64,000 bases of DNA from assembly GCA_028716245.1 (NCBI GenBank), contig JAQUQW010000002.1, positions 154,514 to 218,513 on the forward strand, in the 5' to 3' direction. Positions 56,350 through 64,000 of this stretch are shown one piece after another; the stretch's first letter is position 1, and every line of letters starts with the position of its first letter. Origin of the DNA: Candidatus Omnitrophota bacterium. Lineage in GTDB: Bacteria > Omnitrophota > Gorgyraeia > Gygaellales > Profunditerraquicolaceae. The notes under the pieces are model-generated. The model searched no databases, had not been told where the DNA came from, and was given only the letters and a program-made list of their open reading frames with translations. The translations under genes and the position numbers were made by a program.

Positions 56350-57106
56350 GTCCAAGATTGCCTATAATTTTTCCCGCTACGCGCGCCTTTACGATCAATA
56401 CGCCTCGGTGCAGAACCAGGCCGCTTTTGAACTGGCGGATTCTTTAAAAAACAATAATTTTTCCAAGATCCTGGAGTTGGGATGCGGGACAGGCAATTAT
56501 ACGCTCATGCTGCGGGAGGAGTTTAACGGCGCAAGGATCAAGGCGTTGGATATTTCAGAGGAGATGATTTCTGTTGCGCAAAACAAATTAAAGAATGAAG
56601 ATATTGAATTTATGGTTGCCGACGCCGAAAAGCCAATCCCGGATCATGATTTTGATCTGATTACCTCCAACGCCTGTTTCCAGTGGCTGGATGATCTAGG
56701 GAAAGCCTTGCGAGGATACGCAACATCACTGCGCAAAGGAGGGGCGGTCTGTTTTTCAATCTTCGGGCCGCGTACTTTTTGTGAATTGAATACGGCCTTA
56801 AAAAGCGTCCGGGAAGAGAGCTGCCTGGATTCGGCTTATTTTTGTAACCGCGCCAGCCTCCAGGCAATGCTTAAAGATAATTTTAAATCCGTGAAGATAA
56901 ACGAGGTTTGTTACAAAGAAAGTTTTAGCAGTCTGAAAGGATTATTGGAGAAAATAAAATACTCCGGAATCAGGGGAAACGGTCTAGGTAAGAAAGTTTA
57001 TGTTAGCCGCGGGCTGTTAGCCAGGGTGGAAAAGGCGTACCGGGATAGATTTCAGGGGATTGGCGCTACTTATCAGGTATTTTTTTGCCGGGGAGTAAAA
57101 CGATGA
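56342..57106 (+). CDS. bioC: Malonyl-ACP O-methyltransferase
   Basis: SAM motif I LELGCGTGNYT, class I methyltransferase fold. Bio operon context. Confidence 0.75.
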   Translation: MDKSKIAYNFSRYARLYDQYASVQNQAAFELADSLKNNNFSKILELGCGTGNYTLMLREEFNGARIKALDISEEMISVAQNKLKNEDIEFMVADAEKPIPDHDFDLITSNACFQWLDDLGKALRGYATSLRKGGAVCFSIFGPRTFCELNTALKSVREESCLDSAYFCNRASLQAMLKDNFKSVKINEVCYKESFSSLKGLLEKIKYSGIRGNGLGKKVYVSRGLLARVEKAYRDRFQGIGATYQVFFCRGVKR

Positions 57107-57780
57107 AAGGGATATTTGTTACCGGCACGGATACCGGCTCAGGTAAATCAACGGTTACCGGTCTTCTGGCGAAATATTTACGGGAAAAAGGCGATAAAGT
57201 AATAACTCAGAAATGGGTGCAGACCGGCAGCCGTTTTAGCACGGATATTAACCTGCATCTTAAAATTATGGGGGTATCCAAAAACGAAATTACGGAGTAT
57301 CTTGATTACGTTTGTCCTTACGTATTTAAACTGCCCGCCTCGCCGCATTTAGCCGCCAAAGCCGAAAATAAAAAAATCAAGATCGCCAAGATCAAACAAA
57401 GCTTCAAATCACTATCCTTAAAATTCGATCTTGTGATTGTTGAAGGTATCGGCGGAGCGCTGGTGCCGGTTGACGAAAAACGTTTGGTAATTGATATAGC
57501 AAATGAGCTTGGCCTGCCGGTGTTGGTGGTGGCGCAAAATAAATTAGGGGCGATAAATCATATCCTGATGACCATTGAAGTTTTAAAACAGAGAAAGATG
57601 AAAATTTTGGGCATCGTATTCAATAATTGCCCGGGCCAGGATAAATTGATCCTTCAGGATAACCCGGAGATTGTCCGCAAAATTACCAAACAAAAGATAC
57701 TGGGTGTTTTACCTCAAGAGAAGAGGCTGGATTTATTGTACAAAAAGTTTTTACCGATAGCCGCAAGGATAAGCGTATGA
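57103..57780 (+). CDS. bioD: Dethiobiotin synthetase
   Basis: MKGIFVTGTDTGSGKSTV P-loop. Confidence 0.85.
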   Translation: MKGIFVTGTDTGSGKSTVTGLLAKYLREKGDKVITQKWVQTGSRFSTDINLHLKIMGVSKNEITEYLDYVCPYVFKLPASPHLAAKAENKKIKIAKIKQSFKSLSLKFDLVIVEGIGGALVPVDEKRLVIDIANELGLPVLVVAQNKLGAINHILMTIEVLKQRKMKILGIVFNNCPGQDKLILQDNPEIVRKITKQKILGVLPQEKRLDLLYKKFLPIAARISV

Positions 57781-59117
57781 AAGATTGGCTGGGCACGGAC
57801 CTAAAACATATTTGGCATCCTTACACTCAGATGAAGGAGGCGTTGCGCCTACCGCCGGTTTTAATTGAAAGGGCCAAAGGAATCAAGCTTTATGACGCAA
57901 AAGGCAACTTTTATTACGATACTATCTCAAGCTGGTGGTGTAATGTTCACGGGCATAACCATCCGTGGATAAAAGCAGCGATTAAAAAACAGGTTGATGT
58001 TTTGGAGCATGTGTTATTTGCCGGTTTTACCCACAAACCCGCGATTGAACTTGCCAGCAAGCTCATCTCTCTTACGAAAAACAAATTTAACCGGGTATTT
58101 TTTTCGGATAACGGCTCAAACAGTGTTGAGGTGGCATTAAAGATGTCATTTCAATATTGGCAGAATTGCGGCAGGACCAGAAAGAAAAAGTTTGTTTCTC
58201 TTGATCACGGTTATCACGGAGACACAATTGGCACGATGAGCGTAAGCGGTTTGGATCTTTTTAACGCGGTATTTTCTCCCCTGTTGTTTCCGTCATATAA
58301 AGTGCCGTCTCCTTATTGCTACCGTTGCCCGATGAAAAAACAGAGGCTTACTTGCGCGCTTGATTGTCTCAAACCGTTGGAGAAACTACTTAAGGGTAAG
58401 CATGAAGAGATCTGCGCTTTGATCATTGAGCCTTTGGTAATGGGCGCAGCCGGGATGATTATTTATCCCAAAGAGTATTTAAAGAAAGCTGCAGCTTTAG
58501 CGAAAAAATACAAAGTTCATCTTATCTTGGATGAGGTGGCTGTTGGTTTTGGCCGCACCGGTAAAATGTTCGCTTATGAGCATACACCCGGGATCAAGGT
58601 GGATTTTCTCTGTCTTTCCAAAGGCATAACCTCTGGCTATCTTCCTTTGGCGGTGACTTTGACTACCGAAGGGATATTCCGCCGGTTTTACGGGGATTAT
58701 GAAAAAAGAAAGACATTTTTCCACGGGCATACTTATACCGCTAATCCGGTTGCCTGCTCTGCCGCTCTGGCGAGCCTGGGTATCTTTAACGAAGAAAAAA
58801 CACTGCTGAAAGTAAAAAAATTGATGCCTTTTTTTCATCGGGGGCTGGAAAAATTCCGGGATCTGGCTTTAGTAGGGGATGTACGCTATATCGGATTTAT
58901 CGGAGCAATAGAATTGGTTAAAAATAAAAAGACCAAGCAGGGTTTTGGACTTAAAAAAAGGCTAGGCTTAGAAGTTTATAAGCGCGGGCTTAAAGAGAAT
59001 CTTGTACTCAGGCCGTTAGGTGATATAATCTATCTGTTTTTGCCGCTTTGTGCCTCTAAGGCGGAAATCGAGGATATTTTAAAAAGGTCGTATTCAATAA
59101 TCAAAACTTTATCTTAA
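57777..59117 (+). CDS. bioA: Adenosylmethionine-8-amino-7-oxononanoate aminotransferase
   Basis: Class III aminotransferase with DEVAVGFGRTGK and LSKGITSGY (PLP Lys). Confidence 0.85.
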   Translation: MKDWLGTDLKHIWHPYTQMKEALRLPPVLIERAKGIKLYDAKGNFYYDTISSWWCNVHGHNHPWIKAAIKKQVDVLEHVLFAGFTHKPAIELASKLISLTKNKFNRVFFSDNGSNSVEVALKMSFQYWQNCGRTRKKKFVSLDHGYHGDTIGTMSVSGLDLFNAVFSPLLFPSYKVPSPYCYRCPMKKQRLTCALDCLKPLEKLLKGKHEEICALIIEPLVMGAAGMIIYPKEYLKKAAALAKKYKVHLILDEVAVGFGRTGKMFAYEHTPGIKVDFLCLSKGITSGYLPLAVTLTTEGIFRRFYGDYEKRKTFFHGHTYTANPVACSAALASLGIFNEEKTLLKVKKLMPFFHRGLEKFRDLALVGDVRYIGFIGAIELVKNKKTKQGFGLKKRLGLEVYKRGLKENLVLRPLGDIIYLFLPLCASKAEIEDILKRSYSIIKTLS

Positions 59118-59134
59118 GAAAGGCGAAAAGGGTC

Positions 59135-59428
59135 ATGTTTATTCACAGCGTGTTATTTGAGATTAAGCCTAAAGAAGTAAGTAAATACCGTAAAGACAGT
59201 TTAATGTGGGCGCGCCAAGCTAAGAAATCCGAAGGTTTTCTGGCCTATTACACGATGAAGCGTTACGGTTTCAAAAACCAGTACGCCTCGGTTTATCAGT
59301 GGATAAAAAAATCCGACCATGACCGTTTCATGCGCAAATACCATGATTGGTTTGTAAGCAAATCCAGGGCTAAAGTAAAGGTCTTAGGTTATTATAATCT
59401 TAAGGCAATAGATAAACTGCCTCTTTAG
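59135..59428 (+). CDS. Hypothetical protein (possibly ABM/Dabb-like alpha+beta barrel)
   Basis: 97 aa, no firm motif. Confidence 0.25.
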   Translation: MFIHSVLFEIKPKEVSKYRKDSLMWARQAKKSEGFLAYYTMKRYGFKNQYASVYQWIKKSDHDRFMRKYHDWFVSKSRAKVKVLGYYNLKAIDKLPL

Positions 59429-59613
59429 CTATATGGGAGTTTTTCTGCCATGCTATATTTCTGGGCGTCCTGAACGGAGAAACCCTTAGCAAGTATCCTG
59501 ACCTAATTGCCAATCCAATATCTTCCAATAAAAAGTTTGACAAACAACATGATTCATAATAATATAGTTGCGAAATCAATTAACTATGAAAATTACTGAA
59601 AGGAAAGGCTATA

Positions 59614-59958
59614 GTGAATAAAGACATGGAAGAAAAAATGTTTCAAATGCATGCCGAGGTTTGTAAGAGCATGGCCAACCCGACACGGCTAAAGATTATA
59701 AACCTATTGCGTGAAGGAGAAAAAAGCGTTGAAGAATTAAGAAAAAGGCTCAAATTGCCAAAAGCGAATCTTTCCCAGCATTTGAGTATATTGCGTCAAC
59801 GTAGAATTGTAGTTACAAGACGAGAAGGGGTTAATATTTACTATAAGTGCGCAAATCCAAAAATGCTCAAGGCCTGCGCGATTCTACGGGAAGTGTTGAT
59901 GGAGCAGCTCGCAGATGGCGGCCGTTTGGGTAAATGGATAAATAAGGGGGAGAAATGA
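59614..59958 (+). CDS. ArsR/SmtB-family metalloregulator
   Basis: ANPTRLKIINLL...EKSVEEL...LSQHLSILRQRRIV wHTH signature. The promoter region holds TTGACA-N17-TAATAT with an ATAGTT...AACTAT inverted repeat. Confidence 0.8.
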   Translation: MNKDMEEKMFQMHAEVCKSMANPTRLKIINLLREGEKSVEELRKRLKLPKANLSQHLSILRQRRIVVTRREGVNIYYKCANPKMLKACAILREVLMEQLADGGRLGKWINKGEK

Positions 59959-62297
59959 AATCCGAACGCTTAACACAAGCTGTTCTGGGCCGTCCGAAGC
60001 TTATTATTGGACTTGTAGTTGCCATTAGTCTTTTCTTCATAGCGCAGTTCCCAAAGATTAAAATCGATACTGATCCCAAGCATATGCTCCCGGCAACTTC
60101 GCCTGTGCGCCAGTATAATGACAAGGTTGAAAAAGACTTCCTCCTTCATCCTGATGTAATTGCGTTGGGGATAGTCAATGCGGATGGAATTTTTAACCCC
60201 CAGACACTTACCTATATTAAAGACTTGACTAATGCCGTTCGACAAGTCACCGGTGTAATCGTGCGGGACGTGGATAGCCTATCAACAGTAGAGAATGTAT
60301 TCTCTGATAAGGGTGAACTCGTTGTCAGGCCTGCTTTAGGCGATATTCCAGAGACTAAAGAAGGGCTGTCAGCTTTACGCAAAAGCATTTTAGATAATTC
60401 ACTCTTTGCAGGCCGATTTATTTCTTCGGATGGGAAAGCCGCAGCGATCTTCATTCCTATAGAGCCAACCGCCAATGGAAAGGAAATCGCAGACAAGATT
60501 CGTGCGTTACTGCCGAAAAATTCAGGCCAAAATCATTTCTATCTTGCCGGAGATCCGGTTGCCCGCGACACATTCGGGACAGAGATGTTTCGTCAGATGG
60601 GGCTTTTTTCTCCGATAGCAGGCCTTGTGATGTGTATTGCCCTTTGGTTCATGTTTCGTAATGTTATCTTGATTGTTGCCAACATAGCTGCCGCGATGAT
60701 CAGTATTATCTGGAGTATGGGAGGCTTGATTGGTTTAGGGCTTCCCGTTCACATCATGAGTTCTATGGCCCCAGTTTTTTTAATGGCGATTGCAACGGAC
60801 TCAGTGCATATTTTTAATGAGTTCGCGTTCCGACTAAGCGAAGGCCAAGATAAACGTAGAGCCATCTTGGAGACAATGAAGGTTGTTGGTCCTCCGGTTT
60901 TTTATTCAGATATTACCACCGCCGTGGGTTTTGCCGCGCTGGCAACAGTCACCATCGTTCCAGTCAAGATTTTCGGGTTAGTTGTCGCGTTCGGGACACT
61001 GGCTATCCTGCTCATGAGTTTTACCTTTATTCCAGCCCTGCTTATGCTTATTCCCGAAAAGCATATTTTAAAGCTTGCATCGGCGCATGGAAAAGGAGAA
61101 AAACTTTCCCCTTCACTTTTACGTCTGGGGCGTTTTTGCGTAGAGAAGGCCAAGTCCATTCTGCTTGTGGGTATTGTGCTATTTATTGTGGCAATAGTAG
61201 GCCTTGTGCGCATTCATGTTAATAACAACATGGTTCATTGGTTTAAATTCAATAGTGAAGTCAGGACTGCAGACCGTGTCATGAATAAATATCTCGGTGG
61301 AACTTCCACAGCCTATTTGGTTATTCAGGCAAAAAATGATGGTGCGGTAGGGGACCCCGCTTTTTTACGTCAAATCGAAGGCCTTCAGGTTGAATTGGAA
61401 AAAGATCCTCTTATTGGGAAAACTTTTTCCTTGGCAGACTATATTAAACGCGCGAATCTGGTTATGCATGATAACGCGCCTCTATTTAATCGCATACCGG
61501 ATTCTAAGCAAGAAGTAGGGCAATACCTATTTCTTTTACAGTCAGCGGCAAAACCCCGGCACCTTGATAACGTTGTCGATTTTTCCCTTAAAACTGCCAA
61601 TATCATCATCCAGTTGAAAAGTTGGGATGCTGATGCGATGAAATCAGTCATTAGCCGCGCCAATAGTTTCTTTGCTTCGCATCCATTGCCGGAAGGAGTG
61701 AATTTTAAGCCAGCCGGGATCGCCTATTTTAATATGGTCTGGAACCATGAGGTGCTTTGGGGGATGGTTACTAGTTTTCTCTGGGGGCTCATTCTGGTAT
61801 TGATACTTCTTATCTTTCAGACTCGCTCGTTTCTCTGGGGGGTTTTAAGTTTTCTGCCGCTTCTTTTCACAATAGCATTGATTTATGGCGTCGTAGGCTT
61901 AATCGGAAAAGATTTTGATATGCCGGTTGCCGTGTTATCCACGCTTTCCTTGGGTATGGCGATTGATTTTGCTATCCATTTCGTCGGCCGGTTCCATCAG
62001 CGGTATAAAGAAGACTCCCGCAAGCCAGAGGGCAGTGGTTTGGCTTCCGATAGCCAAAGCCACTTGAAAGAAGCGCTGATTTGGACCGTAGCCCGGCCAG
62101 GCAAGGGGATTTTTCTCAATGCATTACTTTTTGCCCTGGGGTTTGCAGTAATGGCTTTTGCAGCCTTAACCCCGTATATCACCGTTGGAGTTTTTATGGC
62201 GGCGATTATGGTTCTTTCATCGGTAATGAGCGTGATTTATTTACCAGCCCTTATTCAATTAGGGCATCGAAAACTAATCAAGGAAGGTGGCGTATGA
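59955..62297 (+). CDS. MMPL/RND-superfamily transporter (HpnN-like, 12 TM with two periplasmic domains)
   Basis: 780 aa. Duplicated SSD-like halves. ATGA-coupled to the ArsR gene. Confidence 0.7.
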   Translation: MKSERLTQAVLGRPKLIIGLVVAISLFFIAQFPKIKIDTDPKHMLPATSPVRQYNDKVEKDFLLHPDVIALGIVNADGIFNPQTLTYIKDLTNAVRQVTGVIVRDVDSLSTVENVFSDKGELVVRPALGDIPETKEGLSALRKSILDNSLFAGRFISSDGKAAAIFIPIEPTANGKEIADKIRALLPKNSGQNHFYLAGDPVARDTFGTEMFRQMGLFSPIAGLVMCIALWFMFRNVILIVANIAAAMISIIWSMGGLIGLGLPVHIMSSMAPVFLMAIATDSVHIFNEFAFRLSEGQDKRRAILETMKVVGPPVFYSDITTAVGFAALATVTIVPVKIFGLVVAFGTLAILLMSFTFIPALLMLIPEKHILKLASAHGKGEKLSPSLLRLGRFCVEKAKSILLVGIVLFIVAIVGLVRIHVNNNMVHWFKFNSEVRTADRVMNKYLGGTSTAYLVIQAKNDGAVGDPAFLRQIEGLQVELEKDPLIGKTFSLADYIKRANLVMHDNAPLFNRIPDSKQEVGQYLFLLQSAAKPRHLDNVVDFSLKTANIIIQLKSWDADAMKSVISRANSFFASHPLPEGVNFKPAGIAYFNMVWNHEVLWGMVTSFLWGLILVLILLIFQTRSFLWGVLSFLPLLFTIALIYGVVGLIGKDFDMPVAVLSTLSLGMAIDFAIHFVGRFHQRYKEDSRKPEGSGLASDSQSHLKEALIWTVARPGKGIFLNALLFALGFAVMAFAALTPYITVGVFMAAIMVLSSVMSVIYLPALIQLGHRKLIKEGGV

Positions 62298-63115
62298 AAA
62301 AAATACTCTCTGTTTCAGTTATTGTTTTTCTGTTATTTGTGAGCGTATTTTGGACCAAAAATGTCTATGCTCAAGACGCGCAAAGCGGCAAGGCAGCGAT
62401 GAATGAAATGCTTTTAGCTTATTACTATCCTCAGACAGATGCTAAAAGCGATATATCCATGCGTATCGTGAACCGTCAAGGCCAGGCCCGCCAAAGGCGC
62501 CTGACTATGCTGCGCCTTAATAAGACAGCCGGTGGCGATCAGTTTTATTACATCTATTTTCACGAGCCTGCCGATGTCAAGGGGATGAGCTTTTTAGTCT
62601 TGAAGCATATTGGCTACGATGACGACCGCTGGCTGTATTTGCCGGCGATTGATCTGGTCAAGCGCATTGCTACAAGCGACAAGCGTACCAGCTTTGCAGG
62701 GTCAGACTTTACTTATGAGGATGTTTCCGGCCGCGCTCTTGATGAGGACGCTCATGGACTGATAGGAGAAGAAAATCTTGGCACGCAACCTTGCCTTGTA
62801 GTTAAAAGTACGCCGAAACGCCCGGGAGAGGCGGAATTTAGCTATCGGAAATTCTGGATTGATAAAGTAACGCATCTTCCACTCAAAGTAGAGCATTACG
62901 ATCTTAAAGGGAAGCTTTACAAAGTTTATGAAACCCAGGAGATTCAAACCATTCAGGGTACCCCAACGATTACAAAAGCGGTGATGAGGGATCTTGAGAA
63001 CGAGCGCTATACCGAGATTGCTATGAAAAACGTCTCCTATAATGTGGGGATTACTTCAGATATCTTCCAAGAGAGGCTATTGAGCAGGCCTCCCAGGCAA
63101 TGGATTGGAGAATAA
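62294..63115 (+). CDS. LolA-like outer-membrane lipoprotein-sorting family protein
   Basis: Signal peptide, approximately 270 aa. Commonly paired with HpnN-like MMPL transporters. Confidence 0.5.
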   Translation: MKKILSVSVIVFLLFVSVFWTKNVYAQDAQSGKAAMNEMLLAYYYPQTDAKSDISMRIVNRQGQARQRRLTMLRLNKTAGGDQFYYIYFHEPADVKGMSFLVLKHIGYDDDRWLYLPAIDLVKRIATSDKRTSFAGSDFTYEDVSGRALDEDAHGLIGEENLGTQPCLVVKSTPKRPGEAEFSYRKFWIDKVTHLPLKVEHYDLKGKLYKVYETQEIQTIQGTPTITKAVMRDLENERYTEIAMKNVSYNVGITSDIFQERLLSRPPRQWIGE

Positions 63116-63125
63116 TTCCTTGGGC

Positions 63126-64000
63126 AAGGTTTGTATTATTATCCTTATATGTTTTATTCTGTCCATATCTAGTACCAGAGTCTTATTTGCCGAAACTGCG
63201 CCCCTTGATACTGAAAAAATAACAGATATTGCTCAAATTAAAAAGAAACCTCCAGAGTCATGGACTAAAATTTTCGATTCAGTACATGGATTTATGGAGG
63301 CTGCTTACGGCCCTAAATTCTCAGGAGATAAGCTGACGCAAAAGAACGACTATAATCTTTTAGAGCAGCGCCTTCAGCTTAAAGCGGACTATCGGCCGCA
63401 GAAACCTGCATGGCTTGCCTCGTGGAATCCGGAATTTTTTTTCAAAGGAGATCTCCTGGCGGATGAATATAAAGAAACCCTGCGCTATCAGATCCGCGAG
63501 GCAAACGGGCTTCTTAGCCCTCTTTCATGGATGGATGTTAAACTAGGAAGGCAGATTCTTACCTGGGGTGTGGGAGATTATCTTTTTATTAATGACGTAT
63601 TCCCAAAGGACTATGAGTCGTTCTTTATAGGCAGGGATGATGAGTATCTTAAAGTTCCATCAGATGCTGCAAAATTCTCGATCTACAGCAAGTTGGTTTC
63701 GATGGACATGGTAGTTATTCCTTCTTTTACGCCTGATGTTTCTGTCAATGAATCCGCAGACCGATTGAGTTTTTATGATAGTTTTCTTGGCAGGATTGCA
63801 GGCGTGGATTCAAGCCAGACATTTATAGAACCAGTGTTCCAATTTAAGAATACGCAAGTAGCCGCTCGGCTGTACCGTAATTTCGCTGAGTACGAAACTG
63901 CTATTTACGCATTTAAAGGTTTCTATAACGAACCCGTCGGAATCAAGAATGAAAATACAAAAGAACTCTTTTACCCAAAACTTGCGGTTTTTGGCTCAAG
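63126..64000 (+). CDS. Secreted/outer-membrane protein (DUF1302/DUF1329-like), partial; continues beyond the window
   Basis: Uninterrupted frame from a TTG at 63126 to the window end. Signal peptide. Completes the MMPL-LolA-like-OMP triad. Confidence 0.35.

Noticed and set aside
1-64000. CRISPR arrays, rRNA genes, integrons
   Set aside because: I found no direct repeats in the 28-37 bp range with regular spacers, no 16S/23S/5S-like segments and no attI/attC-like sites on inspection.

Overview
This 64 kb window is a gene-dense chromosomal segment, almost entirely on the + strand, from an AT-rich Gram-negative-type bacterium that is probably an uncultivated anaerobe.

The envelope gene set includes LptE, a BamD-like protein, LpxL, Lnt, MurJ, SecA, PilT, ComEA and ComEC.

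Housekeeping genes include feoB/feoA at the 5-prime end, tRNA-Leu, tRNA-Ala, nfo, leuS, rpsT, holA, uvrC and prfB with its programmed +1 frameshift.

An anaerobic nitrosative/oxidative stress island runs from 41.5 to 48.8 kb: Rrf2/NsrR-like regulator, ferredoxin, Hcp, rubredoxin, Tpx, FNR-like reductase, flavodiiron protein, glutaredoxin, TrxB and Nfu.

A sulfur/Fe-S and biotin block follows: LarE-like PP-loop protein, NifS, BirA and a complete bioBF(H)CDA operon.

The window ends with an ArsR-regulated MMPL/RND transporter plus a LolA-like protein.

Features read directly from the sequence:
- A ~50-nt conserved two-hairpin element sits immediately upstream of the Shine-Dalgarno and start codon of 7 different genes.
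- A RayT/IS200-like HUH transposase is flanked by inverted REP-like ends (a REPtron).
- A free-standing LAGLIDADG homing endonuclease lies next to tRNA-Leu.
- A Zn-ribbon ORF with an in-frame UAG sits just upstream of hcp.
- A 147-nt nested inverted-repeat element lies in the grx-trxB spacer.
- An XRE-repressor/DinD-like module with two related 20-bp operators is inserted between birA and bioB.
- An ArnB-like aminotransferase, FemAB-like acyltransferase and ArnE/F-like flippase pair form a cluster.

I found no CRISPR array and no rRNA.
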